64,000 nucleotides of DNA from contig OX597816.1 in NCBI GenBank assembly GCA_951406725.2, positions 32,178,001 through 32,242,000 on the forward strand, read 5' to 3'. This document shows positions 1 to 14,151 of this stretch, one piece after another. The notes under the pieces are model-generated. The model saw nothing but the letters and a program-made list of their open reading frames with translations, did not search any database and had not been told where the DNA came from. This DNA is from Octopus vulgaris (taxonomy: Eukaryota). Position numbers and translations under genes: made by a program. The stretch's first letter is position 1, and each line of letters opens with the position of its first letter.

Positions 1-59
1 GTACGTGGCATTTCGTCATACAAACACAATATGCTATGAAATATACTAAATATTCTCTG

Positions 60-890
60 AGTCAGTACCACGTCCAAGAGTGTTTGTTACATTAATTTTA
101 AGATCATTTCGACAGATATACCACAACGTTTCGTATCGTGATGTAAATAAGCAATGAGATCGGAGACAAAAGTGAGTAATGTGTATATATATATGCCATA
201 CTTTGGGTGTTGCCCCGTCATCAGTACCCATCTAACTCAGTTTCCTCTCCGATCACATCGTGGTAATAAAATATTGGATATACCAATTTATATATTAGAC
301 GTATTCCTGGCAATGGTATGTAAAAATTAAAGGCTTTAAGGTACGTGGTACTTCGTTAAACGGCAGCTATATAAGCAATGTTTACATCTGACGTTCTCAA
401 CGCGAAATTTTGATGGAAAAATCAGTGATGGTTATATGTTCTATAGAATATTCTTACAAACAACGTTAAAAACAATGCAGCAAGAACTGGTGACGCGGTG
501 AGACGTTCTACTGATTTATAAAATCATTTAGTATACCTCATAATATATTCTGATTCCATAACGAAGTGCCACGTACCTACAAACCTTTAATGTTTACATA
601 TCAGTTCCAGGAATGCGTTTCATATGTAAATAGGTGTATCCAATAACATAACAACGCTATACACCGTAGCAATATAAGCAATGTGTTCAGAGAGAGAAGT
701 GAGTTGGTTGGATGTTGATGAAAGGGCAACAACACCCAAAATATGGCATATACCCTCAATAGGCATTTTTGTCTCTGGTCTCAATTTTTATTTACATCTG
801 ATGTCTCTATACGAAACATTATAGCAAAATCCGTGCTGGCTATAGTTTCTATAAAATATCTGTAGACACATCCTTAAGAATAATGGAATT
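60..890. repeat. Imperfect foldback/inverted-repeat complex (possible MITE)
   Basis: 272-356 is the approximate reverse complement of 561-645, and 125-260 of ~680-820; 378-478 resembles 791-886 as a direct repeat. Confidence 0.6.
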
Positions 891-929
891 CAACAATTTT
901 GCTTTGCAAAGGGTGCAGGTATAAGGAAT

Positions 930-1870
930 GCAATTAACAGAGCGGGCGATGTAGTTCCAAAAGGACACCTCCATGTGTTTCATAGATTACACAGAATATT
1001 TCGATGAAATATGAAGTGAAATTCACAGGTAACGTTGATCTCTCTGTGTGAATGAACTCCGAATCTTGCATATATAGAAGTGGAAACAATAAGAGTGCGT
1101 AAAGTCGGATGAGAAGTGCCGTGAATACACTAACATCTGTTGAGGGCGCAGGCAAATTTGTGTTACGTCACCAAATCTTAATTACTATATTGAATTAGGA
1201 TAAAAGATGTGAAGAAGAAAAGCAATCTTTGAGTAGGGAGACGAAACATCACAAAAATAAGATATGTAAATGACATAGAGTTATTTGCACAATCCGAAAA
1301 GGAACTTTTTCGAACAGGGGTTGTCAGCTGCTTCCCCTTGTTGGTCTGGCATCTACAGACTAGTTTCAGGTTATTTGTCCCTTATCAATGTAGAGCAGCC
1401 GAACCCAGCAGGCGTCGCTACTGAACGTTTGTTCGAAGGATTAATTACCTAAAATTACCTAAAATTCAGTGGAATACATCCACTGGTTTATACTTCTGGA
1501 GTTAATGGTCCGAGGAAAAAGACGGGGCAAAGAAGACAGATTTTATGGTGATGACAACGAAGGGAAGCCCAACGTGCCGCATGATGAAAGTGAATGATCA
1601 AATCATACTTCAAATACATTGGAAATTTGATCAGAAAAGGTCGAAGATGTATGAAGGAGTTCATAAAATCGGTTAGTGTGCGCGGTTCTGGGCGTATGTA
1701 ATATAGAATGTTTGATAAAGGGAATCGTGTACATTTCTTTTATTAGGTGAAGCCTCGCGTTTATATATTGTTTCATCTTAGGAGGCATTTTCTGAAATTA
1801 ATTTACAAACCAACTGTAACAATTTAACAAACTGTTTTCTTACACTTGTCATTGAAATATTTTCTTCATT
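930..1870 (+). pseudogene. Decayed protocadherin relic A (EC3 end to EC6)
   Basis: Ordered motifs across frameshifts: TIRVRKVG 1086 (~TISEGVKVG), LSRETKHH..ICK 1229 (~LDRET..I.C), INVEQPN 1384 (~INATDPD), MKVNDQ/NH 1584 (~VEVxDEND), KGNRVHFF 1717 (~GNDKQLF). Confidence 0.55.
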
Positions 1871-2285
1871 CGAGTAAACAATATCATATGTTCTTAAATG
1901 ATATAAAGATAATTCGTTAGGCTGATTCAATTTCCAGCGAATGTATTTTGCAACGCATTGTACATGTTTTGTACTTGGTAATCCACAAATTACATTAAGA
2001 CATTTTACATTTATCACCGTTAATCAATGATCACGAAAATAATTTCCCCTTAAAACTCCAGGTTTTTAGTAATATTCACCAACATTTTTGTAGTTAACGC
2101 CATTTATCCCCGCTCAACGGCATCTAAGAAAATCAATGAAAATCTCATATTTCCGAAATGCATTACTGAAGCTAAGTGGTTCGATGCTGCTGCGAAATCT
2201 CATTAAAAATTAGGAGAATACACGAGTTGATGATGAGCATCGTTGCACGGGCAAGAAAAAAGGTGGGGGATTGGGGAGTGCTCGG

Positions 2286-2287
<2 letters not shown>

Positions 2288-2330
<43 letters not shown>

Positions 2331-2707
2331 CAACAATTGAGGGTAAAATTAATTAATTAATTATTAATCAATTTCACCAAGTGTTCAGTATGTAAAGGGA
2401 CCATTTAAGGCGAATTCAAATTATTACATTATATAAAAGGGCTTAGTAAAATAAATTACTTTGCCACATACTGAACTCATTAGAAATAGCAGCTAAAAAA
2501 ACTTTTTTAAAACTATTTCTAATACTTAAAGAAAATCTCTCATATAGTGCTTGCTCAATTCAACTCACTCATGAGTTGAATTGAGCAAGCACTATATGAG
2601 AGAGATTTTCTTTAAGTATTAAAAATAGTTTTTAAAAAGTTTTTTTTAGCTGCTATTTCTAATGAGTTCAGTATGTGGCAAAGTAATTTATTTTACTAAG
2701 CCCTTTT

Positions 2708-2776
<69 letters not shown>
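2288..2776. mobile_element. (TA)n-inserted element with near-perfect palindrome (PLE-type 3' end, tail-out)
   Basis: 2428-2715 is a palindrome with ~140-bp arms centred near 2571, flanked by (TA)n; it shares GCTGCTATTTCTAA and a terminal hairpin with 56900-57410. Confidence 0.7.
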
Positions 2777-2780
<4 letters not shown>

Positions 2781-2829
2781 TGTATGTATGTACATATTCA
2801 CGTGTCTTTCTGCTTATGAGTGGTTTTGT

Positions 2830-5800
2830 TCAAGATTATACATTTTATTGACAATCCACGATGAGCACTCAGAACAGTGTGGAACGACGCAAAGGTATAT
2901 CAGTTTATTGCAGTAAGGAATTATAAATGAAAACGTGAATATCTTACAACTCTTCATCTGAAAACATTCTTCATCTTTCGACTATGTATGTTATTAATAC
3001 ACGTGAGGAATTTGAGACATCGGAATATTTCGAACATACTGTTTGTCTTTTCAAAACACAAAAGATTTTCAGACCAGATATTATGTCTGAATCTACCAGA
3101 AAACTCTAGTATTAAAACTGTCCATATTTTGTTTTCTTTGGAGTCTCAATGTTGTGATAGCTTCTCTTGAAACGTTAATCTGGATTCATTATTAATCATC
3201 TAATATTTTCTTTGCTTACATGAGGTTACTTTACCGGTAACTACAGCTGCTGCTGCATATAGTTGCTTACTTAGTAAGGGATGGTGTGAGAAATAAGGAG
3301 CGACACTATGAGATGATATAGAAGGATAACATCTTTCTTAAGAGGAGAGTACCACTTCAGGATTTACATTCTATCTTTTGATTTTTGGCATATCTCAATA
3401 TGTAAAAAAAAAGATGGTGCTTCCATATTTCCATAAAATCTATTTATTTGATATTTGTGTAATTTCAGAAGTTGTTCATAGCGCTATTTTGCGCCCACTC
3501 GGTCAATGATACTACGACGTAACATGAAGAATTGAAATTAGTTAGGCTATATCATTCGAAAATTTTCAGTAGTAAACGACATCGATTTTCTTTTTCAATA
3601 GCGGGGGAAAATGTGGGAGAAGACTGAGACTAGAAAAGGGAAATATTCAGACATTTAAGTTTAGGATTATAATTAGACTTAAATAGGATCGATTTATCTA
3701 CATTCATTGTCTTTAACAGCGGAGAGACAACGGATTGGGAGAGACATATAATGATCAAATGATGGATAGTCTTATGTCCGTCTTAATTTTGCTTTAGAAG
3801 TTTAGGCGTGTTACATATTGTCTTTTCCATTTTTTTCTCATTCCAATACATTTTCTCAACAAACATAATACAATACATTGTTTATTCTTTTCGGGTGTGA
3901 ATGTGGGATCATTGGTTTTATTTCTTTGTGTCTTATTTAATCTGGAGAACTTAGGTTTGTTATCGTATTTATTTTACCTCGCTATGGCACTTCGTCATCC
4001 GTTTTATAGATAACAATCGCAATTCAGCCAGTGTTTAACGTATGAGTGTTTACTTCTCTGGCAAATTCAGCTGCTGTATCTTATAGTTGTTTACGGAGTA
4101 AGAGAAACAGGGAAAGAGAGTGTCATTACGAAATGAAAGAGGCAATGCATCCCGGTGTTGCCCGGGTGTCATGATTTACAAATACAGTGTATTAGTTTCT
4201 TAAGGGCAGAATCGACACAGGAAGAGTGTGAAGCAAATAACTCTTGTTCGTAAACATGTTTTTCGGTTATTTTGGGATGTACTATGCTGAAATTATTCAC
4301 ACCAAAAATATGTAGAATGGCAGCTTAGATTTGAATGTAATCATAGCATTGCACCCAAAATGACATAGAGTTAGCAGTAAAGAATTGGATGGCATATGAG
4401 GACGTAGAGGGACCCGTATTGCACAAAGGTACACGAAAAGAAAGCTTCTGTAATGCTTAGGCGGACTGCACACTTAAACATATGTTAAGTGAAGCCGACA
4501 ATGATCCTGGCTAGATTATCTTTACTCACTGTTGTAGAAAAAATCTTTGATTTTTATTCACACAGATTTGTATCATATGTTTGGAAATGCAAACGGCGTT
4601 ATGAACTGTATGTGTATATATACGGAACATAACATTTTCATTGCTATCCATTCTCTATTGAAATTCTTTGAGCTATTATGTCAACATATGTCTTTAAGTA
4701 AGTATTACAGAATTGAAATGCAAAAACAGTCATAGTAAGCGGAAACAAGACTCTTAAGACCCCGAATTCTCAAGTATAGGGGAATAACATGGGAACAATA
4801 TGCTATTTGGGAATCGTGAATACATTACTTAATGTCATATTTTCAACCAAATACTTTCAACGATCGTTCGACAAATTTCTTTTCATGGAACTATTTCTCT
4901 TAAAACATCAATTTGCTGATTTTACACTTTAGAATTGTGTGATTGTCCCTGTTAACACTTATTTTATGGGTCTCTACCGTTATAAACGTGTTGGTTCTTA
5001 TGATTCTATATTCAAACCTACTTAAAAGCAACAGGGTATAACGAAAGTAAGGTGCACATAATTCACTATATATTGTTAAAATAGCCAATAATGTTATATT
5101 GAAATTTATCCATATTTATTTACACGTTAGTTACATTTATATTTTTGGAACATTAATCCATAAAAATGCTCCATAATTTTATATAATGTTACGTATTTGG
5201 TAACGATATTTTATGGTCTGAATCATCAGTATTATGTTCTACAACAAAGTAGTAATATGACATTATATAAAACAATATATATGCATGATCATATAACATA
5301 GATATCATATTCATGATGATCAGATATCAACTTAGAGATATTCATTGTTGAAGGAGGGTGACACGATTCAGCATACCAGCTTCCTTTGTATAACTATCAG
5401 AAGATCATAATTTCGAATAAATTGAGATGTTAATGTAGGGTCAGCTGGACACCGTCTGTGAATGAAACATCACCATGACGCAATTCACACTACGAGAAAT
5501 TTAGTAAGAGCACACCGCACTATTTGGCATTTGCGCAAGAAGCTCCACTACAAATATTTCTGAGTGTTTGGATGTCAAGCTGAGGCGAATGCCATCTGAG
5601 AACATGAACCGAGAGTGATAAATATCAAACAACCCGTCAGCTTCGAGGTTCTTGATGTTATCACTAGTGATGGTGACGTTTTCCCTTCATTAATCTCTTC
5701 ACGCGGCCTCAGACTCATTATGGAGGCCTATTTCAAATGCCTGGAAGCGGTAGTACTGCCCTGGTCAAGAGAGTGGCTGCTTATGCCACGCAATCAACAG

Positions 5801-6950
5801 AACCCAGTCATGGCCGTCAAACAATTTCTGCGACAACATCAAGCCTAACATCTGGTCTCCCAACTCCCCAGACTGCAATCCCTTGATTATTACGTATGAG
5901 CGCAGTTAAGCGAGAGACCAACAAAACTCCTTGTAACACCACGGATGAACTAAAGGCGAGTGTTTGGCACCGTCCACCAACTTAATCAAGGTTATCGACC
6001 AGATGATTCACAGGAAATTCCGAAGTCGTCTGGAAGCTGTGGTTGAAGCCAATGAACACATTTTCTCTTTTCCATTTCCAGATATTTTAATGTAAATTTG
6101 GTAAATATATTTGTTAAAATGAGATGTCGGTGTCACATTCATCTCTGCGCAATTCAGTCGATAGCGTATTCACTGCACACTGTATATATATATATATATA
6201 TATAAACAGGAACATGGTTTTATGTAAGACGGATATTTTTCCCATCTATGATATCATTAAACAGTTACGTACATTATTGTTTTCTGGACCTAAGTGTGTT
6301 TCAACTGCATTAAAGTGTAATGGGTTTATTTGAATATTTTCAACGTATATTTTCTTTCATATGGACACCTTAACCATGTTCTTGTCCTTTGTTTATCAGA
6401 TTAGATTTAGAATTTTAAAAATGTGTACGTTTTCTCAACACACAGGTCGAATGTTTTACCTGCTTGCTAATAATATCTCAGTCAATTGAATATATTTTGT
6501 TACTATCCTTAAGCGACCAACTTAATTTACTTTGTATATAGTAAGAAAAAAGTGTAACTTAGAATAACGATTGTGAAAACAAAATACAAGTTTACATAAA
6601 AAATAATTGAGCTCATCTATATCTGGGAATATTATCTTTGAAATAAGTGGAATGGCAAAATTCTTATAGTAGTAATGAATATGCATAAGCATTTAATCCA
6701 ACCTCAAACTATTTAGGAATATATTCCGCTTCACACATCACACTATTTAGCGTCGGAACCATACCTCCCAAACAAACGCTTTATTCTTTCAGCTTGGCGA
6801 TAGCTTCGGTTTCACTTCGAAACGACAGCAAATAATGATTCTGATTAAACTTTACTGACAATGACACCAGGTTGCATATCTAAAGTTCAGCAGTCGATGC
6901 AGTTGAAATAAACGCAGTTCCAGAAAAGAATGCTGTTTAAACATATAGTA
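2830..6950 (+). pseudogene. Decayed protocadherin relic B (EC1-EC6 plus stalk), interrupted by a Tc1-like element
   Basis: GVLHIVFS 3805, TFSQQT*YN 3848 (~PVFSQNIYN), SGE..GLLSYLF 3941 (~SGENGRVSYHF), NGVMNC ~4590, NGFI 6319, DNDTRLHI 6857 (~SDNRIHI). Confidence 0.55.
5395..6184 (+). mobile_element. Decayed Tc1/maT-like (DD37D-type) transposon, internally deleted
   Basis: VITSDGDV, EAYFKCLEAVVLPW, WSPNSPDCNPLDYY, FRSRLEAVVEAN; ends in TIR-like ...cactgcacactgta. Confidence 0.85.
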
Positions 6951-7371
6951 TTTGAAAAATCTCTATTCTCCTCAATATTATTGATACTATTACTTACTTC
7001 AGGGAAACTATGCAGTCCCGAATATGACAATCAGATTTACCAAATCAGAATAGTAACTAGAATCTAGCACCTTATCGTTTAATCGAGTATAATTAAAGGA
7101 CCCTTGTAGTTAACCGGCATCTGAAGCCGATTTAAGAGGAAATACGGTAGCCACCACAATAATATATCCCTCTAAACTCATTTTTGTATATATTTATTTA
7201 TTTATCGTGAAGTACTTTTGCCACTTAAATGTGGCAGACCCATATGGGACGATGCTACTATAGTTTATAGTCCTAGGAAGACATCTCCACCAGTTGGCTA
7301 ACAACACATTGTCCCTGCCCGATCAGTACTTGCGAAGGGAATCATCGTTCCCATCTCTAGCCCGACGTGAT

Positions 7372-7418
7372 ACACAAGGACTCGGGTTTCCGGGTAGTAA
7401 CCCGTCATCAGCGTGTGT
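7372..7418 (-). ncRNA. Type I hammerhead ribozyme (canonical core)
   Basis: Minus strand acacacg-CUGAUGA-cgggu(uacu)acccg-GAAA-c(ccga)g-UC-cuugugu; stems I and II pair, GUC cleavage triplet. Confidence 0.8.
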
Positions 7419-7558
7419 CAATCACCCGCAAGGGGTGAGAAGTGATTTCGAACGCAAATACATATGATTTTTCGAGTGACGCGTTCGAAATACTATACAC
7501 TTCGATACCCACTCTACTAACAAATTTAACAGTGCTTGTGACTTGCATTCTAGACGGT

Positions 7559-7766
<208 letters not shown>

Positions 7767-8840
7767 ATGCAAGCATATACATGCTGTCTCTCACGAAAGA
7801 ATTTGTAGCAGTTTAGGTTCCATTATGATAGATAAACATAATTCAAATATACAGTAATTCTGAAATATAAATAAGTGGGTGGTTTGCGTTTAATAGTAGC
7901 AGAGGAAGAGGATGGTTGAGAGATGAATTATTGAATCAAGCTAAAGTTTAATAAAATATTATACGAGTTTCGACAAATTCTGATCTTAAACTTAACCTAT
8001 CTCTATTTCAGGATTAACGTATACCAGGTTTCTTTTTAAACTATCGTAATGGAATCTTCATTAAATATTGAAACTACATGATCTCCACAATATTCTTAAG
8101 CACATTGATATCAGAATCTATGTATCAGTGACTGAAAGATATAAAAGCCTTCACTCACATTATGATATATATATGCGACAAATCTCTTTCATAACCTATG
8201 TCGGAAAGAAAAGATTTGATGACCAGAAACGATTGCATTACATTATATATTAACTAAGGACGAAAGAAATACAAAATATCTACATGAAGGTAGATATGTC
8301 GTTTATTAAAGTTAACTGACGATGTGTTATTCATACCCAATATTACGCAAATATCGTATAAATTTCCAGGACCATTTACACCAAGAAATGAAATCGAAAC
8401 AATTTTCAAATCATCCACAAATTCAGAATGTTTTTATAGGTATATCATTCATAAATTCCTGGTAGTCCCACTCACACATACAAACACACATTCATATATA
8501 CGCACGCGCACGTCTGTCAATTGTTGGATGGCAATCTAACGGGAATTTATTATATAATGAACATCATTGGTTAAAAATGTTTCTCTATAACACGCATTGG
8601 ACTTACAGCTGAGTAATTAAGCAACTTCTTATGTCTTCTACGCAAACAGATTTCAAATAAAATATTTATAATCTATTTTTTTTAAAAATATTCTTTGAAT
8701 ACTAAGTGTAACAAGTACCATCTCTCTGTGCACGTCGGAGACAAATATGACAACCAGAAAGTGCATTCTTAATCAAGTGTGATGTTTAATGGCAGCCTGC
8801 TAGAAAAGCAATAGATGAGACAGAAATATAAATCTGAAAA

Positions 8841-9070
8841 ACGGCGAGCTGGCAGAAAGGTTAGCGCGCCGGGTGAAATGCTTAGCAGTATTTCGTCTGC
8901 CGTTAGGCTCTGAGTTCAAATTCCGCCGAGATCGAGTTTGCTTTTCATCCATTCGGGGTCGATACATTAAGTACCAGTTATGCACTGGACTCGATGTAAT
9001 CGACTTAATACATGTATCTGTCCTTGTTTGTCCCCTCTGTGTGTAGCCCTTTGTGAGCAGTAAATAAATA
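8841..9070 (+). mobile_element. tRNA-derived SINE family 1 (Deu/Nin-like central domain)
   Basis: A/B-box head (gagttcaaattc), then tttcatcc..ggggtcgata..aagtaccag domain; five copies in the window. Confidence 0.85.
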
Positions 9071-9710
9071 CGAAATTTAAATCTGATAATCTATACAGTC
9101 ACTCACTTGTCAGCATTTATTTACTTGCTCTATATAATGTGTTTACATATGTATATATATATATCCCCGTTGGATAAGAACACCCGTATCGGAACTTGAA
9201 TACGATCATGACTCCATGCCGCTTGCCTGATTTTGTATGTTGTCGTTTAACGCATTCAAGTTGAATAGAATTCTTTGCGCATAGACATTATATTCATTAA
9301 AACTGAATTTCACGGTCCATTCATTTCGAAATTGAAATTAATCCTAAGGATGCTTATAAAGACAGCCGTGAGCATTTTGCTGTATCCAGTATATTTCGGC
9401 AATGAAGTCAGGTACTTCAAAAGGACGATAATACAGCTGCACTTTCTAGAGCTGCTATCATTCGTTACAACTTGGGACATCACCGTGGCATATATTTCTG
9501 CCCTTATTTTATAAGCGCGCATTGCGTTTATATGTATATCTTTTATTTTTTATTGCTTTCATTCTTCATACTAAGGCTATTCTTTGGCACTGCATCGAAG
9601 AAGCTGAAGCAAACAAATCGGACCAAGCACTTATTATTTTAAAACCTGAAACCTCAACATTCGGTAGCATACGCCAAATCACTATGTTACGAAGACGTGA
9701 ATATACCTAG

Positions 9711-9932
9711 TTTTTTACTACCCACAATGGGCTAAACACAGAGAGGACAAACAAGGACAGTCAAACGGATAAAGTCGATTATATCGACCCCCGTGCGTAA
9801 CTGGTACTTATTTAATTGACTCCGAAAGGTTGAAAGGCAAAGTCGACCTCGGTGGAATTTGAACTCAGAACGTAGCGGCAGACGAAATACGGTTACGCAT
9901 TTCGACGGCGTGCTAACGTTTCTGCCAGCTCG
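9711..9932 (-). mobile_element. SINE family 1
   Basis: Reverse-complement match to 8841-9070. Confidence 0.85.
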
Positions 9933-10471
9933 GGATCAAATATGGACACAAAATCACTCACACGACCATACAGGGCGAAGGTATCTTGTAGTTCTTGTAG
10001 TTGTTGTTGGTGTCGGTAGCAGAGGAGGCAGTTGTAGTAGCAACGGTGGTGAATGGCTTTGCGACCTTGGTCGCAACATTATTTTTTGTATTCGTGTTGG
10101 CTGTCGTGTGGGGGGGTAGTCGTGGTAGTAGTGGTCGAGCCAGTGGTTATAGTGGCTGAAAAATTTGTGCTTTGTGAGGCCTGTGTGCGTTCACGCAGAA
10201 CGGTTTTGCTTTTAGCTTCCTTCGCCTATAGGATTGGTACAGGAGGGAAGTCGGTCTCATGGTTTTCGCCATATTAGTTTAGAAATATGTCAAAGAAAAA
10301 TCGGAAAAAATAGAAATGTAAATAGGCTTGGAACTGCCTCTCTTGAAAACACACTCAAACGAAAGCTGGGTTCTTTACACATATTGTGTGCAAAAATTAA
10401 AACAAAATGTGTGAATAAAAGGTCGAAAAGTGGGATTACCTGCGGAGCCGATGCGACATCACGTCAGTCCA

Positions 10472-10864
<393 letters not shown>

Positions 10865-11599
10865 TACAGACATAGATATAGAAATACAGGTACATAACGT
10901 CCCTAACATTTATTTGAAATATCGAATACTTTATAGGCTTACACAAATAGGAGACCAGATACCTTGACTATCTACATCTTCTAAAGATATACTAGTTGAT
11001 ACATTTGTTTATATGCATGATAGTATTGCTTTTGTTAACGATTAAACCATCGATCTAATACATCGTCATTCAATTTTCGCCTTAAATTAAAAGAGCGAAG
11101 CTTCAGAAAAAATATTTTGTCTTATAAATATATATACCTTCGCTCAGTAGAACTAAGCCCCAAAATAAGTAGATTGACTCGATAGTAATTAAGAAAAAAA
11201 CCTGCTAAACACTAAACACATCTATAGAATATAGAACGCCAACGAAAGATAAATGCGCAACTGTTAAATATAAATCTGTGAACGTTTTGCTATTTTATAT
11301 GATACTGTACATGAAAGAGAAAAAATCGTTATGTTCAAGACTGTATTATCTTTGATCATGGATCTTCTTGAGCAGGCTTTTCCTGAAGGAAAACGTATGG
11401 CAAATCAATTCTTGCTATAATATTGAAAAACCTGATATCATGAAATTCGGATACCAAAATATACCATGAAATATAAAAAATTATATAGCCTAAAAAATTA
11501 TTTAATTTTCGTTGACAGCTCTTGAATTGAGAAGGATAAAGTAATAATTCCATTACACTGTCTATTACACTAGACATTAAATGGTTCAAAGACTGGTGA

Positions 11600-12510
11600 A
11601 TACACTCATTTGGAATGTGATAACATGAGGTTTCTTTTTCAACATATCCTACCCCACTGCAGTACAAACACGTCATACATCAGTGTTGCAATGTAAGGAC
11701 ATCATTGTTGAAGAAGCTTTCAAATTTATGGCGAAATAATTCAGTAGCTGTTGTAACGTCATTATCACTGCGTATTTTGTTCCCAGCCAAGTGTTGTTTC
11801 TTGCAGGGGTAGAGATGATGGCCAAATGTTCCAAATAACGTGCGTCCTTTGGCTGACCAATAAGTCAAAAGCCACGGTCACAAAAAGCAGACATTGAAAC
11901 CAAGGTCGTGTGTGTTTGGGTATTGTTCTGATGAAACCAGAATGTTTGTCAGTCTTCCTTGGCGTATAGTCACGATAGCCTTCCATATCTACCTCTGTAA
12001 ATTGGAATAGTAATCTACATTAATGTTTGTCTGGTTCCGTTTAATGTAGTTATGAAACAAAACTGTTTTCATACCAGAAAACGGAGGCCCTCAACGTCCA
12101 AGGTAGATAAAATGAACTCAAACTTCTTTGAAGCAAGAATGGAGGTGATGAAGCCAACACCTAACTTAGGTTAAGAAATGTTCCAGTAAGCCAAGGGGAT
12201 CTGGTTGACACAATATCCTATTTTCTTGTGATTTTTTCAGTCCGCTGCACTGAAATATCGTGTCAGATATTGCGGTGTCGCCTGCTCAGAAAACATTGTT
12301 ATTCTAAGTTTATTGAGCACAAACCCTGCATTCTTTTAAAGATATGCGATTAGCATAGTCTATTTGATTTATAGTCAATCGTCTGCCATCCTCCATCATT
12401 CAGTGAACTCAATCAATCATTTACTCAGTGATAGCAAATGCAGGACACAAAAACTTTGGTTCTCTACAAGACTCTCCCCTCCGCTTCCAAATCCAGCGCT
12501 TGCACTGTTA
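11600..12510 (-). mobile_element. Decayed mariner transposase
   Basis: HLYPCKKQHLAGNKIRSDNDV..ESFFNNDVLTLQH and an upstream F.SGGESL N-terminal motif; same family as 44100-44930. Confidence 0.8.
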
Positions 12511-12527
12511 TAAACCTGCAATATCTG

Positions 12528-12754
12528 TTTCTTTATTACCCACAAGGGGCTAAACATCGAGGTGACAAACAAGGACAGACAAAGAGATTAAGTCGATCAC
12601 ATCGGCCCCAGTGCGTAACTGGTACTTAATTTATCGACCCCGAAATGATGAAAGGCAAAGTCGACCTCGGCGGAATTTGAACTCAGAACGTAACGTCAGA
12701 CGAAATACCGTTAAGTATTTCGCCCAGTGTGCTAAAGATTCTGCCAGCTCTCCT
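12528..12754 (-). mobile_element. SINE family 1
   Basis: Matches 8841-9070. Confidence 0.85.
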
Positions 12755-13433
12755 AAAGGAGCAACCATGACAGTATGAAAGTTATTTTTTTTATGATGGT
12801 GGTGTGGGGGTGGGGATAAACAGTTTGCAGTAGATACTTGATAAAACCACAATGCCAAATTTTCAAGATAAGTAGCTACAAGTTACATTTGAAGTTTTCT
12901 TTGAATAATCGAATATCAGTTTAACTGAAGGAAAAGGATGGTGTCATGAATAAGAAAGCTTCAAATGAATGTATGCAATATTTCGCAGTTCTAGCATCAT
13001 TGAATTAGAGTGAGCCTATGAAAATTCCAACACATTTTATTTCTTACAACATACTTTGTTGCCTCTTCATTATTTACATATGGAATCGAGAAATTATTGC
13101 ATATCATTATACACGATAAAATAAAATACTGCAGAAAAATATGTGAATCTTCAAATATGTCTTGCAACTATATCTGAACCTGTTAATGAGCAAACTTATT
13201 TACAATTAATGAGAGGTAATTATCGTAAATTTGCAGAATTAACTCACACAACAATGGAAATAAAAAATTGGAGAAAATGGGTTACTAACCGAGTTAATAG
13301 TATGTCTATCAGAATTCCTTCACGTACTTTTCCCAGCTGTCGGTACTTTCAGTTCAGATATCATTTAGGAAATCCTTGCTTTTGTTTCTCTAAATTTTGT
13401 CGAGAAACTACCAACTCTAGACTGGATTGACAT

Positions 13434-13840
13434 CTCTTTCTCTTTTTACTTGTTTCAGTCATTTTGACTGCGGCCATGCTGGTGCACCGCCTTTAATCGA
13501 GCAACTCGGTCCCGGGACTTATTCTTTGTAAGCCCAGTACTTATTCTATCGGTCTCTTTTCCCGAACCGCTAGGTGACGGGGACATAAACACACCATCAT
13601 CGGTTGTCAAGCAATGCTAGGGGGGCAAACACAGACACCAAAACATACACGCACATACATATATATACATATATACGACGAGCTTCTTTCAGTTTCCGTG
13701 TACCAAATACACTCACAAGGCTTTGGTCGGCCCGAGGCTATAGTAGAAGACACTTGTCCAAGGTAATACGCAGTGGGACTGAACCCGGAACCATGTGGTT
13801 GGTAAACAAGCTACTTACCACATAGCCACTCCTACGCCTA
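13434..13840 (-). mobile_element. tRNA-derived SINE family 2 (CORE-like, octopus OR-type)
   Basis: tRNA-like head (ggttccgggttcagtccc), then accttggacaagtgtcttctactatagcctcggg; other copies at 9580-9708, 20305-20470, 22740-22856, 28095-28503, 47010-47172, 62385-62480. Confidence 0.8.
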
Positions 13841-14151
13841 CATATTGGTAAAAAGTTACGAAATCCATCTAAGATAACCGCATGGCATGGTTAGTGCCTT
13901 TGTTGGACCCTTTATAGGGGATTCTGTCCAGTCTGCAGTTGAGGAAACATTACTCTTTTGTCCAAAACTCTCAAGAGATTATTAAACATTTAGTGAGCGT
14001 CACCACTCCACCCCAGTCAAAAAGTTAAAATAATAAACAAAATAAATAAGTCTTTACTTGACAGAAATAACAGCCAAACTATAAATAATTAATGCCAACA
14101 AATAAGTTGATTTTGAATATGCATATATATATGTGTGTGTGTGTGTGTTTG

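Larger units (their letters stand above)
8000..10450 (+). pseudogene. Decayed protocadherin relic C (EC1/2 to EC5), interrupted by SINEs
   Basis: IPN.TQISYKF..PFT 8333 (~IPN..SQITYQL..PFT), IDIIF....IS..GNEV 9281-9410 (~IDVNF..ISE..NGEV), IGTGGK ~10230 (~LGAGGQ), LGTASLENTL 10327 (~NGTPSLNNTV). Confidence 0.5.
11250..14000 (+). pseudogene. Decayed protocadherin relic D (EC1-EC5), interrupted by mariner and SINEs
   Basis: MFKTV 11331 (~CFKTV), IMD..QAFPE 11355, LSITL..K 11558, YDGG 12792, NHNAKFS 12845 (~NDNAPVFS), ATISE 13164, GNP ~13370. Confidence 0.6.

Noticed and set aside
9170-10300. Apparent gypsy RT/RNase H remnant (KTAV..FG..FKR)
   Set aside because: The same bases fit protocadherin EC3-EC5 motifs better and in order with the flanks
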